From contig JBBILW010000001.1 of assembly GCA_037444725.1 (NCBI GenBank), positions 5,056-69,055 of the forward strand: a stretch of DNA of 64,000 nucleotides. The letters run 5' to 3'. Below are positions 1 through 9,776 of the stretch, piece after piece. The notes below the pieces were generated by a model that worked only from the letters and a program-made list of their open reading frames with translations, did no database searches and had not been told where the DNA came from. Made by a program: the position numbers and the translations under genes. How positions within the stretch are numbered: position 1 is the first letter of the stretch; each line of letters begins with the position of its first letter. This DNA is from Candidatus Jorgensenbacteria bacterium. Lineage in GTDB: Bacteria > Patescibacteriota > Minisyncoccia > UBA6257 > GWB1-50-10.

Positions 1-1
1 G

Positions 2-1384
2 AGAAACCCGGGCGTCATCGCGGACAACGTCGGCGACAACGTCGGCGACTGCGCGGGTATGGCGGCAGACCTTTTTGAAACGTATGCAGTGACACTTACT
101 GCGGCGATTCTCTTGGGCTCGCTCACACTCTCCGGCAACGCACTCTTCTTCCCGCTCGTTCTCGGCGCACTCGCCATCATCGCTTCGATTGTCGGCGCAT
201 TCTTTGTGCGCGTAGGAAAAGATCAGGGCATTATGCGTGCGCTCTACAAGGGTCTCATCGCATCACTCGCGGTCTCCGGCGTGCTCTTCTACTTCGCGAC
301 GAAATGTTATTTCGGAGGAAACTTTATGCCGATTTTCGTCTCGACGCTTGTCGGTCTCGCAGTCACCGCGCTCATGGTGGTCATCACTGATTACTACACG
401 GCGAAAAAATTCCGCCCGGTTAAATCAATCGCGGAAGCTTCGAACTCAGGACACGGCACTAACATTATCATCGGTCTTTCTGTCGGTATGGAAGCGACGC
501 TCGTTCCGATTCTTGTCATAGTCGCGGGCATGCTCGTCGCGTATGGCTTCGCCGGAATTTACGGTGTCGCGATTGCGGCGGTTTCCATGCTCTCGGTCGC
601 GGGCATCGTTGTCGCGATTGACGCGTTCGGTCCGATTACCGACAACGCGGGCGGTATCGCCGAAATGAGCGGCGCTCCCGAATCAGTCCGCACGATTACC
701 GACGCGCTCGACGCGGTCGGCAACACGACGAAAGCGGTCACGAAAGGTTACGCAATCGCATCGGCAGGTCTCGCGGCACTTGTGCTCTTCTCCGGATTTG
801 CCGAAGAAGTGTTGAAGCGTTTTTCGACCACCACGTTCGATCTTCAGAATCCGATGGTCCTCGTAGGACTTCTCCTCGGCGCCGCAGTTCCCTATCTCTT
901 TGCATCCATCGCAATGAAGTCAGTCGGCAAAGCGGCGGGAGCAATCGTTGAAGAAATCCGCCGACAGTTCCGCGAAATCAAAGGACTCATGGAAGGCACT
1001 GCGAAACCGGAATACGATAAGGCGGTCGACATCGTCACGAAGGCGGCACTTCGTGAGATGATTGTGCCCGCACTCCTCCCGGTCGTCTCGGTGCTTCTCG
1101 TAGGGTTTGGTTTCGGCAAGGAAGCACTCGGCGGTTTCCTCATGGGTACCATTATCTCGGGTCTCTTCATCGGCATCTCGATGACCTCGGGAGGCGCCGC
1201 GTGGGACAACGCGAAGAAGTACATCGAAGAGGGCCACTTTGGCGGCAAGGGTTCCGATGCGCACAAGGCGGCGGTAACGGGAGACACGGTTGGCGATCCT
1301 TATAAGGACACCGCCGGTCCCGCAGTCAACCCGCTCATCAAAGTCATCAACATCGTCGCGCTTCTCATGGTTCCGTTCCTCTAA
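2..1384 (+). CDS. hppA: Membrane-bound pyrophosphatase (H+-PPase, K+-independent signature), 5'-truncated by window edge
   Basis: Frame open from base 2 ([26 protein letters not shown]); motifs [42 protein letters not shown]; many TM helices. Confidence 0.97.
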   Translation, partial: RNPGVIADNVGDNVGDCAGMAADLFETYAVTLTAAILLGSLTLSGNALFFPLVLGALAIIASIVGAFFVRVGKDQGIMRALYKGLIASLAVSGVLFYFATKCYFGGNFMPIFVSTLVGLAVTALMVVITDYYTAKKFRPVKSIAEASNSGHGTNIIIGLSVGMEATLVPILVIVAGMLVAYGFAGIYGVAIAAVSMLSVAGIVVAIDAFGPITDNAGGIAEMSGAPESVRTITDALDAVGNTTKAVTKGYAIASAGLAALVLFSGFAEEVLKRFSTTTFDLQNPMVLVGLLLGAAVPYLFASIAMKSVGKAAGAIVEEIRRQFREIKGLMEGTAKPEYDKAVDIVTKAALREMIVPALLPVVSVLLVGFGFGKEALGGFLMGTIISGLFIGISMTSGGAAWDNAKKYIEEGHFGGKGSDAHKAAVTGDTVGDPYKDTAGPAVNPLIKVINIVALLMVPFL

Positions 1385-1397
1385 ACCGACGATTACG

Positions 1398-1429
1398 AAA
1401 AACGCCCTGTAACACCGGGGCGTTTTTTT
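1398..1429 (+). terminator. Intrinsic terminator after hppA
   Basis: AAAAACGCCC-loop-GGGCGTTTTTTT hairpin with T tract. Confidence 0.8.
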
Positions 1430-1466
1430 GTTTGTTACCTGCGTTACAGCACGCACGAAACAAAAA

Positions 1467-1482
1467 TGTTTAGGATGAAACA
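1467..1482. promoter_or_regulatory. parS-like imperfect palindrome (reverse complement of TGTTTCATCCTAAACA)
   Basis: TGTTTAGGATGAAACA; exact reverse complement at 5894-5909 and 6004-6019; 12/16 match to the parS consensus TGTTTCACGTGAAACA. Confidence 0.5.
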
Positions 1483-1521
1483 TTTTCAAGAAGCCGGTAG
1501 ATCAGTAAATATGCGGGTCAC

Positions 1522-1546
1522 AAAAAACAGCCCCGCGAGGGGCTGT
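1522..1546 (-). terminator. Intrinsic terminator after hsp20
   Basis: ACAGCCCC-GCGA-GGGGCTGT with A tract on + (T tract on -). Confidence 0.75.
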
Positions 1547-1552
1547 CATTCG

Positions 1553-2017
1553 TTAGTCGGATTTCACCTTCACTTTCTTTGCGCGCTGACGATTCAACTT
1601 CGGCATCCTGATAGTCAACACTCCATTCTTTACCGTCGCCGTGGACTTTTCCGGATCAACTTCAGCGGGGAGAATGACCGAACGTGAGAACCTTCCCCAA
1701 AAACATTCCTGATAGAAATAATCCTTGTCCGCAATCTGCTCCACCTTCTCGCGCTGACCCTTGATGGTGACGGACTCGTTCGTGATGTGGATGTCGAGTT
1801 CATCCGGCGTTACGCCCGCAACCGTCGACTGCACGATGATGTCATCACCCTCCTGGTACACATCCACCGTAAGCCGTCCTTCCGTTTCGTCGTCGTCGAT
1901 TTCGGTCACCTCCTCATCGCGGCGCGATTTCGGTTCTTTTTCCACGGTCACTTTCGTCGGCTCCGATTTTACTTTTGCGAGCTCTACAAAAATGTCGTTG
2001 TGTTCGTTGTTCTCCAT
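1553..2017 (-). CDS. Hsp20/alpha-crystallin small heat-shock protein
   Basis: VDVYQ...VAGV, ECFWGRFSRSVILP, ATVKNGVLTIRMPK motifs. Confidence 0.93.
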   Translation of the reverse strand: MENNEHNDIFVELAKVKSEPTKVTVEKEPKSRRDEEVTEIDDDETEGRLTVDVYQEGDDIIVQSTVAGVTPDELDIHITNESVTIKGQREKVEQIADKDYFYQECFWGRFSRSVILPAEVDPEKSTATVKNGVLTIRMPKLNRQRAKKVKVKSD

Positions 2018-2026
2018 ACAGTCACA

Positions 2027-2731
2027 TTATATCACACCCTCCTCCTTCTCGCGTCTGATTTTTTCAAAGTCATTTAATACAAAGAAAGTGACGCTTACAA
2101 GGAATAAACTCGGCACGAGAAGATTGGTGTCCTGCATCACGTAGACGAGATAATTGAAAATGCCGTGCACGATCGATGCAATCACAAGTCCGATTATTAT
2201 GAAGCGCCACTCCTCTTTCTTCACAATGCCATGCGCCCAGTAGTAACCGATGAGCGCCGACGCGAGCGTATGAAGGAGCGTTGCGCCGATAAGACGGAGC
2301 AGCAGCGCCTGGCCTGCGCCCGCGATTTCGTGAAGACCTGAGACGCCGAAGAATGAACTCAACACAAAAATATTTTCTATCGTCGCAAACCCGAGACCCG
2401 CGACCACCATGTAAATCATTCCATCAATCGGCTCGTCAAAATCCGGAAGCCAGCGCACTGAAGCATATGCGCCCCAAAACTTGAGCGCCTCTTCGATGAC
2501 CGAGTAGAGAAACATAGCGACGAAAAACATTCCGGGAATTCCCGAAATTTCTTTTTCGAGAATCAACTGTACGAGGAGCGCGGGTACACTCATTATGGCG
2601 CCGTAGATGAACGTCTTGATGATGAGACTCGCGGGCTCACCGTGGTCATCTTCCCGCAAAAAGAATGCGAGCCAGATGAGCGCGGGGAGAAACGCGAGTG
2701 CGACCGTCGCGATGATAGAGAGTGCTACCAT
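2027..2731 (-). CDS. prsW: PrsW-family intramembrane metalloprotease
   Basis: IEEALK, GLGFATIEN, LLH and HGIFN motifs; polytopic membrane protein. Confidence 0.9.
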   Translation of the reverse strand: MVALSIIATVALAFLPALIWLAFFLREDDHGEPASLIIKTFIYGAIMSVPALLVQLILEKEISGIPGMFFVAMFLYSVIEEALKFWGAYASVRWLPDFDEPIDGMIYMVVAGLGFATIENIFVLSSFFGVSGLHEIAGAGQALLLRLIGATLLHTLASALIGYYWAHGIVKKEEWRFIIIGLVIASIVHGIFNYLVYVMQDTNLLVPSLFLVSVTFFVLNDFEKIRREKEEGVI

Positions 2732-4878
2732 TGTTCGATGAGCAACAACGATTGTTTATGTTTCGGTAATTTTTGGAAAATATATTCCGTAAGAAACGGC
2801 ATGAAAGGATGCAACACTTTCAATGACTCGAAGAGTACATGCATGAGTACTTCGCGCGTGTGCGGTGCCGCATCGCTCGCGAGCTGACCCTTCGCCGCCT
2901 CGAGATACACATCACAAAACGAGTGCCAGAAAAAGTCATAAAATTCGCGGAGCGCTTTTGCGAATTCGAAGTGCTCGATATCGTTCGCGACACTCGCTTT
3001 AATTTTTTGGAGCTCGCCCATTATTTTTTTGTCGGCATCGGTTCCTAGAGACGCGTCAACATTCTTCGCGGGGAATGTCGCATCCTCTCCAATGGAACCA
3101 AGCACGAACTTTGCCGCATTCCAAATTTTGTTCGTGAATTTTCTGCCACCCACTACCGCAGTTTCATCCCAACGAATATCCTGTCCTGTCGCCTGCCAGA
3201 CGACTGCGAAGCGCGCCACGTCCGCACCGTACTGCTCAATGTATTTCAGAGGGTCAATGCCGGTACCCAAACTTTTCGACATGCGCTTCCCCTCTTTCGT
3301 CATGATGGTGCCGTGAATGAGCACGTTCGTAAACGGCACTTTCCCCATGAATTCGATTCCGGAATATATCATACGCGCAACCCAGAGATTCAAAATGTCG
3401 CGCGCGGTGATTAACGTGTGACCGGGATAATATTTTTTCTTATCGGATTCCGAAAGTCCCGCAAACGGCCAGAGCGCGGACGAGAACCAAGTGTCCAACA
3501 CATCCGTTGCCTGTTCCATTTCACACGTGCCACAGAGCGGACATTTCGCCGGCTTCTCTTTTGTCACGACAAAATTTTTCTCATCGTCTTTTTTGTTCTT
3601 GCAGAAATATACCGGAATCTGATGCCCCCACCAGATTTGGCGCGAAACGGTCCAGTCGCGGATGTTTGAAAGCCAATCGGAATAGGTCTTCTCAAAACGC
3701 TCCGGATGAATGGCAACTTTTTTCGAGCTCACCGCTTCAAGCGCCTTCGCCGCCAATTCCTTCATTGAAAGGAACCACTGCGCGGACGGCGTCGGTTCGA
3801 TTGATTGACCGCAGCGGTAGCAGACCGAGACGCGGTGCGCGTACGGTTCCACTTTCACGAGTCGCCCCTGCTTTTCCAATTCTTCAACAATCTTCACGCG
3901 TGCTTCGGCAGCCTTCATTCCCTCGTAGACCCCCGCTTCCTTCGTCATCCTGCCGCGGCCATCAATCACCACCACCATAGGAAGTTTGTGGCGCTCGCCT
4001 ATTTCAAAATCGAGCACGTCGTGTGCGGGAGTCACCTTCACCATACCCGTGCCGAATGTCGAATCAATCGCTTCGTCGGCAACGATGGGAATCTCGCGGC
4101 CCACAATCGGCACCGTTACTTCCGTACCTATCAACTTTTCGTATCGCTCATCATGCGGATTCACCGCGATTGCCGTGTCGCCAAGCAGCGTCTCCGGGCG
4201 CGTCGTCGCGACCGTCACTGCATCCGAATATTTGATATGCCACAAACTTGTTTCTTCATCCTTATATTCAAGTTCGAGCTCAGAGAGACTCGTCGCGCAG
4301 CGCGCGCACCAATTTACCGTACGATATCCGCGATAGAGCCAACCGCGTTCATAATAATGAACAAATGCCGCCACAACATCTTTTGCGTATGCGGGGTCCA
4401 TCGTGAAGCGCGTACGTGACCAGTCGGCAGAGCAACCGAGCCGGCGCAACTGCTCCAGAATGAGATTGCCGTACTGCGCTTTCCACTCCCACACTTTCTC
4501 AATAAATTTTTCTCGGCCGATTTCAAAACGGCTCACGTTCTGCTTGCGGAGCTCCTTCTCTACCACATACTGCGTCGCGATGCCCGCATGATCGGTGCCC
4601 GGAAGCCACAATGTTTTTTTTCCGCGCATACGCTGATAGCGGACAGAAATATCCTGGAACGAATTGTCGAGCGCGTGCCCCATATGGAGCGAGCCCGTCA
4701 CGTTTGGCAACGGCATGTACACCACGTAGGGTTCCGCATCTTTTTCTACCGGCAAATTATCGGGATTGAAATATCCCGATTTCTCCCATGCCGCATAAAT
4801 CTCTTTTTCTACATCCTTCGGCTCATATGCACCACTCCCCAGGACGCTCTGTCTTTTCGCACTCTCGTTTTCGTTCAT
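2725..4878 (-). CDS. valS: Valine--tRNA ligase (no C-terminal coiled-coil arm)
   Basis: PNVTGSLHMGH, GTDHAGIATQ, SRQIWWGHQIP, RMSKS; ends soon after LHPFMPFLTE. Confidence 0.97.
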   Translation of the reverse strand: MNENESAKRQSVLGSGAYEPKDVEKEIYAAWEKSGYFNPDNLPVEKDAEPYVVYMPLPNVTGSLHMGHALDNSFQDISVRYQRMRGKKTLWLPGTDHAGIATQYVVEKELRKQNVSRFEIGREKFIEKVWEWKAQYGNLILEQLRRLGCSADWSRTRFTMDPAYAKDVVAAFVHYYERGWLYRGYRTVNWCARCATSLSELELEYKDEETSLWHIKYSDAVTVATTRPETLLGDTAIAVNPHDERYEKLIGTEVTVPIVGREIPIVADEAIDSTFGTGMVKVTPAHDVLDFEIGERHKLPMVVVIDGRGRMTKEAGVYEGMKAAEARVKIVEELEKQGRLVKVEPYAHRVSVCYRCGQSIEPTPSAQWFLSMKELAAKALEAVSSKKVAIHPERFEKTYSDWLSNIRDWTVSRQIWWGHQIPVYFCKNKKDDEKNFVVTKEKPAKCPLCGTCEMEQATDVLDTWFSSALWPFAGLSESDKKKYYPGHTLITARDILNLWVARMIYSGIEFMGKVPFTNVLIHGTIMTKEGKRMSKSLGTGIDPLKYIEQYGADVARFAVVWQATGQDIRWDETAVVGGRKFTNKIWNAAKFVLGSIGEDATFPAKNVDASLGTDADKKIMGELQKIKASVANDIEHFEFAKALREFYDFFWHSFCDVYLEAAKGQLASDAAPHTREVLMHVLFESLKVLHPFMPFLTEYIFQKLPKHKQSLLLIEQW

Positions 4879-4977
4879 ATATATAGAGGTGTACTATTTG
4901 CCTTCACTCTAGCAATAAAGATTCCCTTCTGCAAAGGCATTTCAGGCTTTTTGTGCTGCGCGGGGGGGCGGCAAAAC

Positions 4978-5012
4978 AAAAACGCCCCGCATGCGATGCG
5001 TGGCGTTTTTTT
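4978..5012 (-). terminator. Terminator after ArsR gene
   Basis: AAAAACGCC-CCGCAT..ATGCG-TGGCGTTTTTT hairpin with A/T tracts on both sides. Confidence 0.65.
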
Positions 5013-5017
5013 GAGAC

Positions 5018-5281
5018 TTAGAACTTACCAACTCCGTGTGATTTTATGCCTTCGTGCACTATCGCATAGTATACGTTCAATCCGTCGCGTCGCGGCTTCA
5101 CGATTCCGACATGCCGAAGATGAGAAAGGTGCTGAGAAACGTTCGTTTTGGTTAACTTTAGCTTTTTCGCGATATCGTTCACCGAAACTTCCCCTCCCAT
5201 AAGCAGATCGATTATTGCGAGTCGCTTTGGGTTTGCCATAGCCTTATAAAGCTCGGCAGTGTCATAATGTTTTTCTGGCAT
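5018..5281 (-). CDS. ArsR/SmtB-family transcriptional regulator
   Basis: KAMANPKRLAII...VSQHLSHLR...RRDGLNVYY winged HTH. Confidence 0.9.
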   Translation of the reverse strand: MPEKHYDTAELYKAMANPKRLAIIDLLMGGEVSVNDIAKKLKLTKTNVSQHLSHLRHVGIVKPRRDGLNVYYAIVHEGIKSHGVGKF

Positions 5282-5318
5282 AAACGTAATACAACAATAC
5301 TCTCCACTTTATTGCAAG

Positions 5319-5699
5319 CTAACTTACATGCGAAACATTTATATAATGGCGGACCTGGAATACACTCTTTTCTTCCTTAATGGCCAACACGTCGAGGCGC
5401 CAGCCCATGCGCTCATTTATAAGGTGTGGGTTATCATTTGCGTACTGCTCGGCGATGCGGCTGAACTTCACTAGCTTCGCGCGGCTCATCTGATCTTCAG
5501 GAAGCAGTTCCGACACTCCCCTGTTTTGCATTGTTTTTACCTCGACAAAGACGAGCGTCCTATCCGGAGCCCGCGCCACTATATCCAACTCACCCCAGCG
5601 TTCCCGATAATTGCGCTCTATTATCTTGTATCCCTTTTCCACAAGATACCCACAGGCGTGAGTTTCGCCTCGTGCGCCTAATTCCATTCGCTCTGTCAT
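5319..5699 (-). CDS. yraN: YraN-family (UPF0102) nuclease
   Basis: LGARGE..A..YL, RNYR..WGELDIV, LVFVEVK, RLDV. Confidence 0.92.
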   Translation of the reverse strand: MTERMELGARGETHACGYLVEKGYKIIERNYRERWGELDIVARAPDRTLVFVEVKTMQNRGVSELLPEDQMSRAKLVKFSRIAEQYANDNPHLINERMGWRLDVLAIKEEKSVFQVRHYINVSHVS

Positions 5700-5893
5700 G
5701 TACGTTTAGTATATCGCACGCACATGTTCGCATGCGCTCCGATTGACAACGTTATGCTTTTATTTTATTTCATTTTTAATCAAATGAGACCCCGCTCGTC
5801 CCATCTATCGCCCATGACTACCCGATTTAGTTGCGGCAGGTCGGCCACCATCACCCAACTCATTCGACGTCCCATCTTATGCTTCTGGAAAAA

Positions 5894-6168
5894 TGTTTCA
5901 TCCTAAACACTCTCATTGTCCGAAATGCAAACGTGTAGGATTCATCGCGCTACCAGCTTGTCACAGCAATATCTCAGTCATATCGATATATTTCTATACA
6001 TAATGTTTCATCCTAAACATTTTTTTAGCCATATTTTTCAAAAGTGTAGGATTCATCGCGCTACCAGCTTGTCTGCATTTTTGTAGCAAAAATATGGAAG
6101 TGTAGGATTCATGCGGTTATCAGGTTTTCCTGCTTTTCCTTGTTTTCTTAGTTTTCTTTGTTTTCCTT
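5894..6168. repeat. Compound intergenic repeat cluster
   Basis: 16-mer at 5894-5909 and 6004-6019; identical 30-mer GTGTAGGATTCATCGCGCTACCAGCTTGTC at 5933-5962 and 6044-6073, degenerate copy at 6100-6129; five 9-bp units (GTTTTCYTT-like) at 6124-6168. Confidence 0.9.
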
Positions 6169-6175
6169 GTTAATC

Positions 6176-6200
6176 AAAAACCCCGCCTGATCGGCGGGGG
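6176..6200 (-). terminator. Terminator after metallophosphoesterase
   Basis: AAAAA-CCCCGCC-TGATC-GGCGGGG. Confidence 0.75.
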
Positions 6201-6211
6201 AGTGACTCACG

Positions 6212-6895
6212 CTATTCCTCGGGATTCACTTTGATACCCTCATCACCCAGCGTTATGTACGAAGAAGGGACGTCCGTCCAACATCCGCTGTTGTAATACT
6301 CCACACTTCCGAAATGCTCAGCAATCGCCCTGTGCGTGTGTCCACAGAATACGACATCATAGTGCTCGAGGGCTCCATGCCGCGATGCGCCCTTCGCGAC
6401 TCTCTGGGAGTTCCTCATCCATGCCTTGCTCGCACGCTTCAGGAAACGGCTGATAAACTGGCGCTCGGTATCGATGCGCTGGATGAAGAGATACACATTG
6501 CCCGCAAGCATGCTCAAGAACTCATTTCTCACGAGGAAACGGTCAAACTGATGGCCATGCAATGCAAGGCAGCGCTTCTCCTTCCATATAAAGGAGTGCT
6601 CGCGTTGCACATCGACGCCGATAAGCCTTGAGAGGATGTTCGCTGCACCATCATGATTACCCGCAATCCAAACTACCTCCTCGGGACGCTTCGGGTGCGA
6701 TAACTCCCTAAAAAAGGAGAGAAGCGCCCAATCGTCATGATCGAGACGCTGGAAATTGAGATCATCAAAGATGTCGCCGTTTAAGATAAGCTTCTTGAAC
6801 TCCATCGACTTCAATCGATGCAGCAGCTGTTTTGAGCGGCAGGGCCTTGAGCCCAAGTGAATATCGGAAACGATAACTACGTCGTATTGAGGCAT
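6212..6895 (-). CDS. Calcineurin-like metallophosphoesterase (LpxH-like family)
   Basis: SDIHLG, NGDIFD, GNHD, LHGH, GHTH, NSGCW motifs. Confidence 0.88.
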   Translation of the reverse strand: MPQYDVVIVSDIHLGSRPCRSKQLLHRLKSMEFKKLILNGDIFDDLNFQRLDHDDWALLSFFRELSHPKRPEEVVWIAGNHDGAANILSRLIGVDVQREHSFIWKEKRCLALHGHQFDRFLVRNEFLSMLAGNVYLFIQRIDTERQFISRFLKRASKAWMRNSQRVAKGASRHGALEHYDVVFCGHTHRAIAEHFGSVEYYNSGCWTDVPSSYITLGDEGIKVNPEE

Positions 6896-6946
6896 AATAT
6901 TTAGCTTGAATTTTTGCGGGTACTCGCGTTTAATTAACTATAACCA

Positions 6947-9094
6947 ATGGCACGACGCAAATCAAAAAATAAAAAACAAACGGGCGAAAAAGTAAAGGCA
7001 TCGAAATCCAACGATTTTCCGCGCGAGTCGAATATGGATCTCCACCCGGATGTGAAAAAATATGTCATCGCGACTATTTTGGCGGGTGTCACTATCATTC
7101 TCTTGCTTTCGGGTTTTCATCAGGCGGGTCCGTGGGGCGAAATTTTTTACAACGCCTTCTTCAAATTATTCGGCTGGGGTTACTATTTACTTCCCGTCGT
7201 CACGACGATTGTCGCGCTTTCTTTTTTTGCGCCGGAGCCGACAAAATTTTTAGGCATCACATTAATCGGCGCACTTTTCTTCGTCCTCTCTGGTCTAGGT
7301 TTTATGGATGTGACATTCCCGGGCAGCGGGGGATGGGTTGGAGAATTTATCGGCGCACTGAAATATCCGTTCGGGAACACCGCCGCGATTATCATCACGC
7401 TCACCGGACTTGTCGCATCATTTTTGGTTACGTTAAATCGTCCGCTCAATCTTTCGTTCCGCCGCGAGCGCGATGAAGATGAGGAAGAGGAAGATGAGGA
7501 AGAGAACGAGGTAAAGGAAGTGGAAATAAAACTTCCGCTCGAAGCGCGCGAAGAGCCCGTGAAGGATGAAATAAAAAAACCGGCTGCACGTGCGACAGAG
7601 CAGAAACAAAAGAAGGAGGTTGAAGAGGCGCTCGACGAATCGCAATTCGAGGTGCCGAAGGCGACAACGCAAAAGAGCATCCAGAACTACACGCCGCCGC
7701 CGCTCTCACTTCTTTCGTCTGCAGTCGAGAAGCCGACCATCGGCGACCTTCGTGCAAACGCGAACGTTATCAAGCGCACACTTGAGAGCTTCGGCATTCC
7801 CGTCGAGATGGGAGAGATTAACGTCGGCCCCACAGTGACGCGCTACACATTGAAGCCCGCCGAAGGCGTGAAAATTTCACGCATCACGACGCTGAACCAG
7901 GATCTTGCCTTGGCACTTGCTGCGCATCCTATCCGCATAGAGGCGCCCATCCCTGGCAAATCGCTTGTGGGCATCGAGGTGCCGAACAAGTCGGCGGCCG
8001 TCGTACGCCTTGGCAGTCTTCTTCTCTATCCTGAATTCCAGAAATCGGAGCCGCTCGCATTCCCGATTGGCCGCAACGTAAACGGCGAGCCCGTCTTCAC
8101 GAATATCGCAAAGATGCCGCACATGCTTGTCGCGGGCGCAACGGGTTCGGGCAAATCCATCACGCTCCACTCGATTCTCATTTCGCTCCTTTATAAGAAC
8201 TCGCCGGACATGTTGAAGATGATTCTCATCGACCCGAAGCGCGTGGAACTTTCGGTCTACAACAATCTTCCGCATCTCATTGCGCCTGTCGTTACTGAAA
8301 ACAAAAAAGCTATCGGTGCGCTCCGCTGGGTTATCCAGGAAATGGACCGCCGCTACCAGGTGCTTCTCGAAGCGGGATCGCGCGATATCAAGAGCTACAA
8401 CAAGAGCGCAAAAGAAACTCTTCCTTATATATTGGTGGTCATCGATGAGCTCGCCGACCTTATGACGACCTACGGCAGGGAAGTGGAAGGATCTATCATT
8501 CGTCTTGCGCAGATGGCGCGCGCGACCGGCATCCACATAATCGTGTCGACGCAGCGTCCTTCAGTCGAGGTCATCACGGGCCTCATTAAGGCGAACATTA
8601 CGACGCGCATCGCGCTCCAGGTAGCAAGCCAGATCGATTCGCGCACCATCCTTGATATGGCGGGTGCGGAAAAATTGCTTGGCCACGGCGACCTTCTCTT
8701 TGTCTCGTCCGACTTCTCGAAGCCGCGGCGCATCCAAGGAGCGTTTTTGACCGAGGAGGAAATGAAATCGGTCATCAATTTCATCAAAGAGAACAATGAA
8801 ATTTCCGTGACCGGCATCGCAATCGACGAGGAACCCGAAGCTACTCATATCTTCGAGAGCATGACGGGAGGCGATGAAGAAGACGATATGTTTGAGGAGG
8901 CCGTGGAGGCCGTGCGTGCCGCTGGAAAAGCGTCGGCATCGCTCCTTCAGCGGAGGCTCAAGGTTGGCTATGCCCGTGCCGCGCGCCTCCTTGATATCAT
9001 GGAGCAAAAGGGTATGATAGGCCCAGGCGACGGCTCGAAGCCGCGTGAGGTGCTCTTCCTCGACAATGCGGGGAACGAACCCTCAAATGAATAA
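6947..9094 (+). CDS. ftsK: DNA translocase FtsK/SpoIIIE
   Basis: N-terminal TM domain, GATGSGKS, IDELADLM, GAEKLLGHGD, gamma domain SLLQRRLKVGYARAARL. Confidence 0.97.
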   Translation: MARRKSKNKKQTGEKVKASKSNDFPRESNMDLHPDVKKYVIATILAGVTIILLLSGFHQAGPWGEIFYNAFFKLFGWGYYLLPVVTTIVALSFFAPEPTKFLGITLIGALFFVLSGLGFMDVTFPGSGGWVGEFIGALKYPFGNTAAIIITLTGLVASFLVTLNRPLNLSFRRERDEDEEEEDEEENEVKEVEIKLPLEAREEPVKDEIKKPAARATEQKQKKEVEEALDESQFEVPKATTQKSIQNYTPPPLSLLSSAVEKPTIGDLRANANVIKRTLESFGIPVEMGEINVGPTVTRYTLKPAEGVKISRITTLNQDLALALAAHPIRIEAPIPGKSLVGIEVPNKSAAVVRLGSLLLYPEFQKSEPLAFPIGRNVNGEPVFTNIAKMPHMLVAGATGSGKSITLHSILISLLYKNSPDMLKMILIDPKRVELSVYNNLPHLIAPVVTENKKAIGALRWVIQEMDRRYQVLLEAGSRDIKSYNKSAKETLPYILVVIDELADLMTTYGREVEGSIIRLAQMARATGIHIIVSTQRPSVEVITGLIKANITTRIALQVASQIDSRTILDMAGAEKLLGHGDLLFVSSDFSKPRRIQGAFLTEEEMKSVINFIKENNEISVTGIAIDEEPEATHIFESMTGGDEEDDMFEEAVEAVRAAGKASASLLQRRLKVGYARAARLLDIMEQKGMIGPGDGSKPREVLFLDNAGNEPSNE

Positions 9095-9097
9095 TCT

Positions 9098-9775
9098 ATG
9101 GACGAATTAGAAGAGATAAAACCGATTGCGGAGGTCATTGGGGATGCAATGAAGATGAAGGGCATTTCCGCAGAAAAGCTTTCGCAGCTCACCGGCGTAT
9201 CCGACCGTTTCATCGCACTTTTGCTCGATGACAAACATGAGAAGCTTCCGTCTGCGCCCTATGTCCGCGGCTATCTCTCCCGCATCGGCAACACGCTGAA
9301 CTTGAACGGCGAGCAGCTCTGGACCGATTACACGAAGCAGCACGTCGTGGCGCGTTCGGGGAAAAACGACACGCTTGTCACCAATAAATTCGAAATGAAG
9401 TATCCCGGCGCCCCCGTCCTCGCGGTTGGCGCGGTCGTCATCGCGGGCATCATCATTTTCGCGCTCCGCGCGCCCGCCTTTATCGGCACGCCAACACTCT
9501 CACTCGAAAACTTTTCTGAAACGGCGAGCACCTCGACGCTCGACATCAGAGGAAAAATTGATCCAAAAAATCAGCTCACGGTAAATGACGAAGTGGTGTA
9601 TCCGGACGAGCAGGGGACATTTGAAAAAAAAGTAACGCTTACCGTCGGCTTCAACACCTTCCGCTTCAAGGTAAAGGGAGTTCTCGGCAAGGAATTTGAA
9701 ACCACGAAGCAAGTCTATCTTGCAACCAGCACGAAGCACGTCGAAACAATAACCAATACTACTACCACGGAATAA
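9098..9775 (+). CDS. RodZ-like HTH membrane protein with C-terminal Ig-like domain
   Basis: N-terminal HTH with [11 protein letters not shown], one TM helix, beta-rich C-terminus; follows ftsK. Confidence 0.75.
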   Translation: MDELEEIKPIAEVIGDAMKMKGISAEKLSQLTGVSDRFIALLLDDKHEKLPSAPYVRGYLSRIGNTLNLNGEQLWTDYTKQHVVARSGKNDTLVTNKFEMKYPGAPVLAVGAVVIAGIIIFALRAPAFIGTPTLSLENFSETASTSTLDIRGKIDPKNQLTVNDEVVYPDEQGTFEKKVTLTVGFNTFRFKVKGVLGKEFETTKQVYLATSTKHVETITNTTTTE

Positions 9776-9776
9776 C

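Noticed and set aside
5724-5906. 60-aa ORF in the repeat-containing intergenic region
   Set aside because: No recognisable motif or coding-like composition; runs into the repeat
5991-6020. dif site near ftsK (TATACATAA resembles a XerD arm)
   Set aside because: Weak match, no convincing XerC arm, and only ~46 kb from oriC rather than at the terminus
5933-6129. CRISPR array from the 30-bp repeats
   Set aside because: Only two exact copies plus one degenerate, spacers of 81 and 26 bp, a second motif interleaved, and no cas genes in the window
6212-6895. Lipid A biosynthesis (lpxH)
   Set aside because: Only general metallophosphoesterase motifs; no other lpx genes, and the context suggests a monoderm-like CPR cell
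7471-7520. GAR-rich repeat in ftsK
   Set aside because: Encodes an ordinary acidic linker (DEDEEEEDEEE)
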